From Hormiphora californensis (lineage: Eukaryota > Animalia > Ctenophora): a stretch of 64,000 bases of DNA. This document shows, piece by piece, positions 48,601 to 60,040 of the stretch (position 1 is its first letter; each line of letters begins with the position of its first letter). The notes under the pieces are model-generated. The model did not search any database. It saw only the letters and a list, made by a program, of their open reading frames with translations, and was not told where the DNA came from. A program made the position numbers and the translations under genes. The stretch covers positions 6,758,001-6,822,000 of the forward strand of contig CM035356.1 of the NCBI GenBank assembly GCA_020137815.1, in the 5' to 3' direction.

Positions 48601-51600
48601 GCTAAATCCTCTTATCTCTTAGAAAGTCCTAGCTTAAATCCCCTTATCTCTTAGAAAGTCCTAGCCTAAATCCCCTTATCTCTTAGAAAGTCCTAGCTTA
48701 AATTCCATTATCTCTAAGAAAGTCCTAGCTTAAATCCCCTTATCTCTTAGAAAATCCTAGCTTAAATCCCCTTATCTTTTAGAAAGTCCTAGCTTAAATC
48801 CCCTTATCTCTAAGAAAGTTCGAGCTTAAATCCCCTTATCTCTTAGAAAGTCCTAGCTTAAATTCCCTTATCTCTAAGAAAGTCCTAGCTTAAATCCCCT
48901 TATCTCTAAGAAAGTCCTAGCTTAAATCCCCTTATCTCTAAGAAAGTCCTAGCTTAAGGGTACACCTGGCTTTTTTCATCATCGAGTGCCCAACCAAATG
49001 ACTTCACCAGGGTTTAGGCTATACAAAATAGACCTCAAATATGCAATTTTAGCCCTAAAGTCGAATTCATATTTTTGCTACAGCCTATTTTCAAAGTGGC
49101 GTTTTTTCAATTTTTGTTGAAATTTTTAACCTCAGGACCACTTTTTTTGAGATAGAAACATTAAATTCTTGGAATTTGAAGAGAATATAAAGGTGAATAA
49201 GCCCAAAGAAGGATTTTTGAAATGGAGCTTATTTCTGGCCATGAGAACGGTTTACTTTTTTGCTTCTTTGACACGCTGGCTGAGAATGTTCCCATGCTTC
49301 ATTAGAGATGAAAATCTGGAAATAGTTGCTCAAAACGATTATCTATGTGGCCCAAAAATTTTGGAACTTTCCCGCCAAAGATGTGGTGTACAGAGCTTTT
49401 TTTGTGAAACCTGTCTTTTTGAAAAAGAGGGAAATTCCCTGTATCTCAAAAACGGATGATCGTAGAGACCTGGGACCGAGCTTAATCGATTCAGAAGGTT
49501 CGATTTTGGGGGGGTCTTCTGAGAGACATTTTGCTCCTACTCCAACCGTTTTTGCTGTAATTGCGAAAAAGGTATCAGCAAGTAAGGGGGAAATCAGCCC
49601 GAAGCAGGCTACTGGAATAGAGTTGTTTCCCCTTTTCATAGAATTGGTTTTTTTGCAATTACAGCAAAATCGGTTGGAGTAGGAGCAAAATGTCTCTCAG
49701 AAGACCCCCCCAAAATCGAACCTTCTGAATCGATTAAGCTCGGTCCCAGGTCTCTACGATCATCCGTTTTTGAGATACAGGGAATTTCCCTCTTTTTCAA
49801 AAAGACAGGTTTCACAAAAAAAGCTCTGTACACCACATCTTTGGCGGGAAAGTTCCAAAATTTTTGGGCCACATAGATAATCGTTTTGAGCAACTATTTC
49901 CAGATTTTCATCTCTAATGAAGCATGGGAACATTCTCAGCCAGCGTGTCAAAGAAGCAAAAAAGTAAACCGTTCTCATGGCCAGAAATAAGCTCCATTTC
50001 AAAAATCCTTCTTTGGGCTTATTCACCTTTATATTCTCTTCAAATTCCAAGAATTTAATGTTTCTATCTCAAAAAAAGTGGTCCTGAGGTTAAAAATTTC
50101 AACAAAAATTGAAAAAACGCCACTTTGAAAATAGGCTGTAGCAAAAATATGAATTCGACTTTAGGGCTAAAATTGCATATTTGAGGTCCATTTTGTATGG
50201 CCTAAACCCTGGTGAAGTCATTTGGTTGGGCACTCGATGATGAAAAACGCCAGGTGTACCCTTAAATCCCCTTATCTCTTAGAAAGTCCTAGCTTAAATT
50301 CCCTTATCTCTTAGAAAGTCCTAGGCTAAATCCTCTTATCTCTTAGAAAGTCCTAGCTTAAATCCCCTTATCTCTTATAAAGTCCTAGCCTTAATCCCCT
50401 TATCTCTTAGAAAGTCCTAGCTTAAATTCCATTATCTCTAAGAAAGTCCTAGCTTAAATCCCCTTATCTCTAAGAAAATCCTTATCTCTTCGAAAGTCTT
50501 AGCTTAAATCCCCTTATCTTTTAGAAAGTCCTAGCTTAAATCTCCTTATCTCTAAGAAAATCCTAGTTTAAATCCCCTTATCTCTTAGAAAGTCCTAGCC
50601 TAAATCCCCTTATTTCTTAGAAAGTCCTAGCTTAAATCCCCTTATCTCTTAAAAAGTCCTAGCTTAAATCCTCTCATCTCTTAGAAAGTCCCAGCCTAAA
50701 TCCCCTTATCTCTTAGAAAGTTCCAGCTTAAATCTCCTTATCTCTTAGAAAGTCCTAGCTTAAATCCCCTTATCTCTAAGAAAATCCTAGCTTAAATCCC
50801 CTTATCTCTAAGAAAATATTAGCTTAAATCCCCTTATCTCTAAGAAAGTCCTAGCTTAAATCCCCTTATCTCTAAGAAAGTCCTAGCTTAAATTCCCTTA
50901 TCTCTAAGAAAGTCCTAGCTTAAATTCCCTTATCTCTAAGAAAGTCCTAGCTTAAATCTTCTTATCTCTAAGAAAATCCTAGTTTAAATCCCCTTATCTC
51001 TTAGAAAGTTCTAGCTTGAACCCCATTATCTCTTAGAAAGTCCTAGCTTAAATCCCCTTATCTCTTACAAGGTTCTAGCTTAAATCCCCTTATCTCTTAG
51101 AAAGTCCTAGCCTAAATCCCCTTATCTCTTAGAAAGTCCTAGCTTCAATTCCTTTATCTCTTAGAAAGTCCTCGCCTAAATCCCCTTATCTCTAAGAAAG
51201 TCCTAGCTTAAATTCTCTTATCTCTCCTAGCATAAATCCCCTTATCTCTTAAAAAGTCCTAGCTTAAATCCCCTTATCTCTAAGAAAGTCCTAGCTGAAA
51301 TTCCCTTATTTCTAAGAAAGTCCTAGCTTAAATTCCCTTATCTCTAAGAAAATCCTAGCTTAAATCCCCTTATCTCTAAGAAAGTCCTAGCTTAAATCCC
51401 CTTATCTCTAAGAAAGTCCTAGCTGAAATTCCCTTATTTCTAAGAAAGTCCTAGCTTAAATTCCCTTATCTCTAAGAAAGTCCTAGCCTAAATCCCCTTA
51501 TCTCTTAGAAAGTCCTAGCTTAAATCCCCTTATCTCTAAGAAAGTCCTAGCTTAAATCCCCTTATCTCTTAAAAAGTCCTAGCTTAAATCCTCTCATCTC

Positions 51601-54600
51601 TTAGAAAGTCCTAGCCTAAATCCCCTTATCTCTTAGAAAGTTCCAGCTTAAATCCCCTTATCTCTTAGAAAGTCCTAGCTTCAATTCCTTTATCTCTTAG
51701 AAAGTCCTCGCCTAAATCCGCTTATCTCTAAGAAAGTCCTAGCTTAAATTCTCTTATCTCTCCTAGCATAACTTCCCTTATCTCTAAGAAAGTCTTAGCT
51801 TAAATCCCCTTATCTCTAAGAAAGTCCTAGTTTAAATCCCCTTATCCCTTAGAAAGTCCTAGCTTAAATGCACTTATCTCTTAGAAAGTCCTAGCTTAAA
51901 TCCCCTTATCTCTCAGAAAGTCCGAGCTTAAATTCCCTTATCTCTAAGAAAGTCCTAGCCTAAATCCCCTTATCTCTTAGAAAGTCCTCGCCTAAATCCC
52001 CTTATCTCTAAGAAAGTCCTAGCTTAAATCCCCTTATCTCTAAGAAAGTCCTAGCCTAAATCCCCTTATCTCTAAGAAAGTCCTAGCTTAAATCCCCTAA
52101 TCTCTTAGAAAGTCCTAGCTCAAATCCCCTTATCTCTTAGAAAGTCCTCGCTTAAATCTCCTTATCTCTTAGAAAGTCCTAGCAGACAAGATCAAGAAAG
52201 GGATCACATCAGCGAACGAGAAGCGACAGGAACTGGGAAGATCACTGAAGGAAATTACACAGGATATGATCCCTGCTTATTTCAGAATGTTAAAAAATAA
52301 GGCCCTTACTGCCCTTGTTGTTGGAGATATGTTTCTCTTTCTTCAGATTGGAAGTTACAGCTTCTACCCTAAAATATATTCCATGGTTTTCAGGTAAGTA
52401 AGGGTACAATAGTGATATGATACAGTCGGACCCCGATTTACCGGGATGGTCGGGGGAATTTTACCCGCCCGGTAAATCGGGGCTCGTTATATCGGGGCCG
52501 ACTGTAGTTCTAAATCTATGATATGGCTATAGATTGATTCTTACAGTTCACACACATATTATGACGGTATGTTAATTTCAGATTGAATCCACGAGAAGTC
52601 GGCAGTATCCTAGGCTTGGCTAATTTGGTTGGATTTGGTGTTGGTTTAGTAGCGGGTGGCGTGTTAACGAAGGCTAAAAACTGGAAGCCCAGAACTCTCC
52701 AACTGATATACTGTATTCTCACAACGGTCGCTCTTCCCTTTACATTCGGCCTGTTTCTGTATTGCCCCACTGATACCTATGCTGGGGTGGATGTACACTA
52801 TTTTAATAGTGGTTCTAATTCAACTCAACTCGGGTAGGTGATATCTTTAGGGCGGCTGCAGTAGAGTATTGCTACCTCTATGCTCCTCCGGACACAGCAC
52901 TCACAACAAATGTCAAACAAACAGTCCTGGAATGCCCAATATTTTCTTGTTGAGTAACGGCCTTTACTCAACCACTATATTCTCAGGGTTCCCACACTAT
53001 TAGAGGAGTGCAACAGTGACTGTGCCTGTACTACAGCGTTCTACCAACCCGTCTGTGATGGTGGTATTACCTACTTTTCACCCTGCCACGCTGGCTGCTC
53101 AGACGTAGAGTTGGACGACCCCACCGCATTGAACAGCACGGTAAGAGAGAAATGATTAATGAATGTGTGATATGAATTGAATGTGTGATGATTGTTAGAA
53201 TATATTGCTTGTTTGACTCGGGTGCTATTCTTTTTCATCCAATTTTGATGTTGTGAGACATAGGGCTAACAGTAAAACTAGAAATTTAAGGGTACGCTAA
53301 CCAAAAATTTTTTTCGAGTGCAGGGAAATCTCTCACCGTAGGGTTGTAGGCCATGCCAAGGAGACCTCAAATATGCAATTTGAGCTCTCAAGTCGAATTC
53401 ATATTTTTGCTACAGCTGCTTGAAAAATGAACTGTAAATACGTTTTTGGCATCTCAAAAATTTTTTTTAAAGATAGGAGCATGAAAATTTGGGGATTTGA
53501 AGAGGACATGAAGGTGAATAACCACAAAATTTTTTTTTGCAATCCGAGCTGATTTCCGGTCCTGAGATGGATTTCTTTTTTTCCACTTTAACGCCCTATT
53601 TGGCAAAGTTCCGAAAACATGTGAAAGCTGTAAATTGGTGAAAAGTTGCGTCTAACGATTATCTAAGTGGCCATAAATTTTGGGCGTGTCCTTATTTGAG
53701 ATAAGCTGTACAGAGTTTTTTTTGTGAAAGCCGTCATTTCAGAAATAAATAAATTCCCTGTATCTCAAAAACGGCTGATCGTAGAGACCTGAGATTATGC
53801 TTAAACGATTCAGAAGGTCCGATTTTGGGGGGGTCTTCTGAGAGACATTTTGCTCCTACTTCAACCGTTTTTGCTGTAATTGCGAAAAACAAATTCTATG
53901 AAAAGGGCAAAAGCTAAACTCCAATATCCTGTAATTAGGGAATTTTAGCTAAGAAAGGACCGAAACTATGGAAAAATGTGTAACAAGCTAATTCTTCACT
54001 ATTTGGTCCATATGGGTCCCTATAATCGCCAAAAACAAAATCACAAAAAATCCACGATGGCGAAGATGGGTTTTTGTTTTTCGCAATTACAGCAAAAACG
54101 GTTGAAGTAGGAGCAAAATATCTCTCAGAAGACCCCCCCAAAATCGGACCTTCTGAATCGTTTAAGCATAATCTCAGGTCTCTACGATCAGCCGTTTTTG
54201 AGATACAGGGAATTTATTTATTTCTGAAATGACGGCTTTCACAAAAAAAACTCTGTACAGCTTATCTCAAATAAGGACACGCCCAAAATTTATGGCCACT
54301 TAGATAATCGTTAGACGCAACTTTTCACCAATTTACAGCTTTCACATGTTTTCGGAATTTTGCCAAATAGGGCGTTAAAGTGTAAAAAAAGAAATCCATC
54401 TCAGGACCGGAAATCAGCTCGGATTGCAAAAAAATTTTTGGTTAGCGTACCCTTAAGCGACCTCTGAAGCTCGGAACTGGGACGATAAGATAGATATAGA
54501 TTGTTATATTGTGTTTGCTATTATTATTGCGATATGTTCATCATACATATTATACAACTTGAACTATACAGTTTGCTGTATAACCAATGCTACAAACCGT

Positions 54601-55733
54601 GCTGCAGCTGCGGCTAATCGGCTATCATTTGCACTACATGCTACTAGCATTGCTAGCTGTATCAGTTAAGCAACCCTCACAGTGAGCACCGCTCAAGTAA
54701 AACCCCTGCGCTGTATTAAAATTGCGCTGGAACACTACACGATATAGATTGAAAACAATATACAACTCGGCTAGAGGGCAGTCTATTGTGAGCTACAAGT
54801 GCTGATGCGGATGACATATTGCTAAATGTGCTACGTGTGCTACAATTGTATCCCCTATATGCTACATGTGCTACAAGTACAATATTATGACATTATGTTT
54901 CCTAATTCTTGAAGCCCTTTCTCCCCTTTTGAAGCCCCCCTCCCTTCTTGAAGCCCAATTCCCCCTATTCTTGAAGCCCTTCTTTTTGCACACTCTGCAT
55001 GACCCAGGTTGCTCGTTATCTGGGGTGTTCCTGTACACAATCAACCACGGCTCGACCCGGAACCTGCGAGGGAAAATGCGACAACGTCCTGGTGCAGAAC
55101 CTGGTGGTGAATGTCATCAACACAGCAATCAACTTTGCTGGATTCCCTGCCAGCGCTATTGTCTATCAGCGGGTTGTGTCCGAAGTGGATAGAACATCAG
55201 CCCAGGGACTGAGACAATTTGCAACACGGCTGTTTGGAACGCTTCCCTCTCCTCTAATATTTGGGTTGATCTTGGATAGGATGTGTAGTGTGTGGAGGGA
55301 GAGTGATGATGGAACCGTGGGAAATTGTTGGACCTACGATATTGATAGGTATGTGTTGGCAATGTTAGTATTAAACTGCGTGGAAAATGGCGGTTCGGCC
55401 AACCGGATTTTCAGTCGCGCACTAATACGAAGAGTCCGTAAATCTCCGTAAAGCCTAAAAGAGTCCACCACCATTTTATCTTTTACTACATATTATACTT
55501 TCAGGCTGATGATGTATTTTATTCTGGCCCAAGTTGCCATGAAAGTTTGCTCGGCATTGTGTCTTTGGGTTGCTTGGTGGTTTTTCCCTACAATACCCGA
55601 GCGAATCGATACAAGTGAAGAATCTGAGGATGGAGGAGAGATGAAACCGATAGAAAACGGTGACAATGATGGGTCAGATGATAACAAATCTGTTCAAATA
55701 ACGACTGAAAAATCAGGAACAGAGGAAATCTAA
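33630..55733 (+). CDS. SLCO: Organic anion transporting polypeptide (OATP/SLCO), isoform using proximal C-terminal cassette A
   Basis: Exons 33630-33718 (putative first coding; otherwise ATG 38240), 38224-38341, 38542-38674, 39002-39156, 39306-39788, 52173-52393, 52582-52833, 52987-53140, 55008-55348, 55505-55733, all phase-compatible. Motifs: [14 protein letters not shown]; STYMDE; OATP signature [11 protein letters not shown]; Kazal-like [21 protein letters not shown]; [17 protein letters not shown]...GNCW.YD. Confidence 0.9.
33739..36217. mobile_element. Non-autonomous piggyBac-like element (TTAA flanks) with an ~850-bp internal inverted repeat
   Basis: TTAA|CCCTTTAAGGACGAGA ... TATCGCCCTCAAAGGT|TTAA. 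Arms ~33872-34720 and ~35030-35872 give the mirror ORFs 33789-34088 and 35656-35892. Each arm holds three ~170-bp subrepeats. Confidence 0.75.
36225..36395. mobile_element. Tc1/mariner-type MITE with internal ccccgatttag repeats
   Basis: TA|cagtcggaccccgatttaggg ... ccctaaatcggggtccgactg|TA. Confidence 0.85.
41002..41470. mobile_element. TTAA-specific palindromic MITE with AG...CT termini (Kolobok-like), inserted in the satellite
   Basis: TTAA|AGTGAGAGTGGACCGAATCAGAATTGG ... CCAATTCTGATTCGGTCCACTCTCACT|TTAA, with ~200-bp imperfect arms. Confidence 0.85.
47196..48473. mobile_element. TTAA-specific fold-back element with GG...CC termini (Kolobok-like), inserted in the satellite
   Basis: TTAA|GGGTACACCTCGG ... 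CCGAGGTGTACCC|TTAA. Arms ~625 bp, spacer ~26 bp. The mirror 77-aa ORFs are identical. Confidence 0.9.
48958..50261. mobile_element. TTAA-specific fold-back element (same family, different subfamily), inserted in the satellite
   Basis: TTAA|GGGTACACCTGGC ... GCCAGGTGTACCC|TTAA. Arms ~610 bp, spacer ~80 bp. Confidence 0.9.
52423..52504. mobile_element. Tc1/mariner-type mini-MITE
   Basis: TA|cagtcggaccccgatttaccggg ... atcggggccgactg|TA. Confidence 0.8.
53290..54452. mobile_element. TTAA-specific fold-back element, third subfamily, with a deletion in the right arm
   Basis: TTAA|GGGTACGCTAACC ... GGTTAGCGTACCC|TTAA. It shares internal blocks (gacctcaaatatgcaattt, cgaattcatatttttgctacagc, tatctcaaaaacgg) with the 47196 and 48958 elements. 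Confidence 0.85.
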
Positions 55734-56011
55734 AGACTTGATCAGCAGTGACCCTTTTATTAATGACCATATTGGGGCACAATTTTTACCAAACTCTGTT
55801 TTGTTGTCAGCTTTATGAGTAAATCTTTGTATAAGATTTTAAGGACACTTTTACGCATTTCAGAAATATTAAATCTTCTTCTTGTCTGTTATAGATACAC
55901 TTTTAGAAAAAAGAAACCATGATTTTAATTGCATCATCTTTACTAATTGATTTTTAATGGCACTCTTGGATTAGATATAATCCGAACATCCCCAATAATT
56001 TCTACTTCCAG

Positions 56012-57041
56012 GTTGCCAGGTATCTTGACTGTAAGTGTACCAAATCCGGCACAGCAAGTCCCGGGGAATGTGGTGGGAAATGTACTGCACGGCTTATCGG
56101 GGCAATGATCATCTCTCAGATCAATACGGGTATCCGGTTCGCTGGTTTCCCCGCCCATGCCATCATTTACCAGCGAGTGGTGGCTGAGTCAGACAGAACC
56201 ATTGCGCAAGGTGAAGTTTTATGTAGTCATGGTTATGCATGGTGTTTCCAATCTCTAAATTCACATTTACTCCGTGTGATATCCATACTTTGATATATTC
56301 CTAATACTTACACGACTTGAACTAACGTGTTTCTCTTCGTTATTATTATCTTTGCCACCTGTACAGGCTTGAGATCTTTTGCCACGAAAGCCCTGGGCAC
56401 GATGCCAAGCCCGTTGTTGTACGGGGCAGTGTTGGACAGTATGTGCACTGTGTGGAGGACGACAGAGGATGGAAAGGTGGGAAACTGCTGGCTTTACGAT
56501 ATACCCAAGTGAGTACTTTAACTTGTAGAATTCAACATTTTGTATTCTGTATTTATGCCCAACTTGAAATTTTCCAACCAACCAACTAAAGTATCTTTTT
56601 GGCCCCAATTCTTGTATTTAAAACAATTCACTGCACACTTTAGGTTGATAGCTGCATTCGTTTTTATCCGGTTTGGTTTGATGTCTGCCAGCGCAATTTG
56701 CTCCTGGCTAGCCTGGTTCTGGATGTCTGACGAGGGACCTCCGAAGAAGGTAATTGGTAAATATTAGGGCATTTTGCCTTGTTCGATCCTCTATCCCCTT
56801 GGGTTTGAACAAAACAAAGGGCGTTCTGATACATGAAAATCAACCGGCAACCCAACTGCAACCCTAACACAGCCCTAACATTGTGAGTTCTGTACACCCT
56901 GTCCCTAACATTTACCGCAAACCTCCCAAAAAGGCAGTAACTAATGAGGTTGAGGAGATTGAGGTTGAGGAAGAAAAGAAGGATGACATGGCATTCTCAG
57001 ATGAGGATGGAGATGAGGATAGGAAAATGCTTGGGAATTGA
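56012..57041 (+). CDS. SLCO: Second (distal) OATP C-terminal exon cassette B: end of Kazal loop, TM10-12 and acidic tail
   Basis: Exons 56012-56210, 56367-56508, 56644-56749 and 56934-57041 are open and in phase: VARYLDCKC..GFPAHAIIYQRVVAESDRTIAQG-LRSFATKALGTMPSPLLYGAVLD..GNCWLYD. It has the same phase-0 start as exon 55008 and no upstream exons of its own. Confidence 0.8.
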
Positions 57042-57914
57042 GAGCCTAGCTAGAGACTTATTCCTTCGAACCCAGGGTCGAGCAAGGCAACTAGAGACGT
57101 ATTATTATGTGTCCCTCTATTTAGAGGTGTTTCAGAGGAGATGTGTTTCAGATATGGCCTGGATAGTGCATGATCATATAATCGAACAGAGAATTTTTAA
57201 ATCGATTGATTTTTATAAAAATTTTAGAACTTTGATTTATCATTTTATACAATCAGTGCACTGCAATGCCAAGGGCCCGAACAGAACTTGAAATGTGATC
57301 TGCATGCAATTTACCCTTGACCCTCATTAACCTGTGAATGTTAACCTGAAATGTATTTCTCAAGGTACTTTTTATAAGTTGGTTTCACAAAACCAAAACA
57401 CAACTGCGTTCTTTTTCTGCTTCCTCTTAATTTGAATTGCGTGCCACAGTCAGAGAAATGCTGTGTGTTCTATCCCATTCCTAATTCGATATAATTAGGG
57501 CACCGACTGTAGTAGTTTGGAAACTGTTTGCTAACTAGTAGGTCTCGTGAGAAAAGTTCTCAGAAATTCAGTCGCAACACAGCTTTTTCCACATTTTACC
57601 CTAATTTTTAGTGTGTAAATCTGAATCATTCAGTGTTGATAATGATATAAGTATTGATATGGGCAAATTGAATTGGAATTATGAATACATTAATGATTTT
57701 TGAAGAAAAAGATAACCAGCTTTTGGATAATTGGATATCAATTAGATATCAATTAGTACCCGTACTTCAATGCAGTAATCAGTATACCTGAGTTAGACTG
57801 GGCATATGAAATATTTCTTCGCACAAGATACGCACCCCGGAAGCAGCCTTTTTTCACTTGCATTACGTCAATTGTGTCAAACACGCAAGTGTGCCGAGAA
57901 TTCTTGAATGGGGT

Positions 57915-57948
<34 letters not shown>

Positions 57949-57954
57949 GAGAGA

Positions 57955-58009
<55 letters not shown>

Positions 58010-58635
58010 AATCTGTGTGAGTGTGTGTTTGTATGTTTGTCGTCTTTTTGCAGCACTTGTATTCGGTAAATTTTTTAACTGGAGCACACGAATGGTCCTT
58101 GTGAGGTTTCAGCTTCTCAGCTGCTGCTCTGTTGCTAGTTTTCCCCTCTTTCTATATATCTCACCTTAGCTAACTAAGCTTAGTTTTCCCTCCTTCTCTG
58201 TCACCTTAGTTTTCCCTCTTCTCTCACCTGCATTTACTAACTCTCTCACCTTAGTTTGCATTTACTCGCCCTATTTAGTATTTGCCTTCAATTCAGTAGG
58301 GTACAGCTGCCTATTTTATGGATTAAATTTTGGTATTTTCTTGTTTCAATTTTGTCTCAGTCATCAATGCTGCCAGCGCCAGTGCCGTGGTTTCACTAGT
58401 TTTAATTTCCAAACCAGATTTACAATTACAAGTGTGTGCCAATTGATGATCATATCTCGAAATGTAGTCAATTAAAAACAGCGCTGTGATATCACTAATC
58501 ATGCTAACTCTTCCAATATGACGCAATTAACCATGGAGCTGCTCCAATTAACTGGAGCCATGCTGCTTTTTAATTTCTTTGTGCCCTTTTTATTTCTAAT
58601 TTCATTTTCCCATTCTTTTAATATCTTCTTCGTAT

Positions 58636-59040
58636 CTCTGTCTCTGTCTCTGTCTCTGTCTCTGTCTCTGTCTCTGTCTCTGTCTCTGTCTCTGTCTCTG
58701 TCTCTGTCTCTGTCTCTGTCTCTGTCTCTGTCTCTGTCTCTGTCTCTGTCTCTGTCTCTGTCTCTGTCTCTGTCTCTGTCTCTGTCTCTGTCTCTGTCTC
58801 TGTCTCTGTCTCTGTCTCTGTCTCTGTCTCTGTCTCTGTCTCTGTCTCTGTCTCTGTCTCTGTCTCTGTCTCTGTCTCTGTCTCTGTCTCTGTCTCTGTC
58901 TCTGTCTCTGTCTCTGTCTCTGTCTCTGTCTCTGTCTCTGTCTCTGTCTCTGTCTCTGTCTCTGTCTCTGTCTCTGTCTCTGTCTCTGTCTCTGTCTCTG
59001 TCTCTGTCTCTGTCTCTGTCTCTGTCTCTGTCTCTGTCTC
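58636..59040. repeat. (GTCTCT)n microsatellite
   Basis: ~400-bp hexanucleotide array. The RD/SL repeat ORFs are artefactual. Confidence 0.97.
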
Positions 59041-59984
59041 TTTTTTTTATGATATCATGGTGCGCCATAACATCACGTAGTGAGTGCCGGTTAAACCATT
59101 GTAGTTGTACTTGTACAGTTTTTGTTACAGTTAGCTTTCCGGATTTTTAATTTTCCAGTCTGATAGTTACATATGTTTGTCACATTTTGATTTGGGCCCG
59201 ACCCCGGAGATTTAATGAAATGAATTCCACACATCGCCATATGATACCACATGAATGACGTGTTGTCACCCGCCACTGGCCCAGTCATGCCAACACTTTC
59301 TCCTCATATCTCTAATCAAATTCTCCCTTCCGGCCCTGTCCTTGATCCCTATCTGTTGTTTTTTTTGCAGAATCTCAGTTCATGGAACTATAGGGGGTCC
59401 GGCCCTGTCCTTGTATCGTTTATATCTCTATCTAATCAGCATATCATGGCTATAATTCTGCTGACTGAAGGAATTACCTCATCGAGAATAATTACGTGAC
59501 CCTTGGCCTTTTAGATTTAGTTTTAATTTTAAATGTATCCACGTTGAATGTTGATTTATAATTATATTCTCGCTTCGTGAGCTACTACGTGACTTGAGAC
59601 TTTTCACTTCGATCTCACACATGTGTCTATGTCACCACACCGTTGATAAAGATGTATCTAAAACTCATGGTTATGCATATAATACTGGTGACCAGCATAT
59701 TTCTTTTAATTGAAGCGAAAACATGAATTTAAATGTGGTGAATGTTACGAACACAGCTGTTTATTAATTAGACAAACCGCATATTCGAAGTACTGTTAGG
59801 TACTTTTTGCATTGGTTCTCCATTCTAGTTTTTACCACATGAAAGTTTAGTCAGAACATACATATTATTCATGATATATTGTGTCATATGATTCGTGTGT
59901 GTGGGTGCCCGTGTGTACCATGAATCTCAATCAAACTAAGTAGCAAAATAGTATCTTGAATCGATCGCTGATCTCGGTCCAGTG

Positions 59985-60040
59985 AATAGTCAATACTTGG
60001 ACATGTGGACCATCCTGCACATGTCCAAGTATTGACTATT
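59985..60040. repeat. Perfect 23-bp hairpin with 10-nt loop
   Basis: aatagtcaatacttggacatgtg-gaccatcctg-cacatgtccaagtattgactatt. Confidence 0.85.

Larger units (their letters stand above)
39870..52183 (+). repeat. 32-bp intronic satellite (~290 copies) derived from the downstream 3' splice site
   Basis: Unit TTAAATCCCCTTATCTCTTAG|AAAGTCCTAGC. The last unit supplies the real acceptor AG (52171-52172) and runs into coding [10 protein letters not shown]. Three MITEs interrupt the array. Confidence 0.95.

Noticed and set aside
47451-50050. Mirror-image ORF pairs as transposases or duplicated genes
   Set aside because: Short, no DDE motifs, and a direct consequence of the palindromic arms; the same applies to 33789/35656.
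39870-52183. CRISPR array interpretation of the 32-bp repeat
   Set aside because: Units are head-to-tail with no unique spacers, there are no cas genes, and the context is a eukaryotic intron.
58499-59150. RD-repeat and SL-repeat ORFs
   Set aside because: Translation of the (GTCTCT)n microsatellite.
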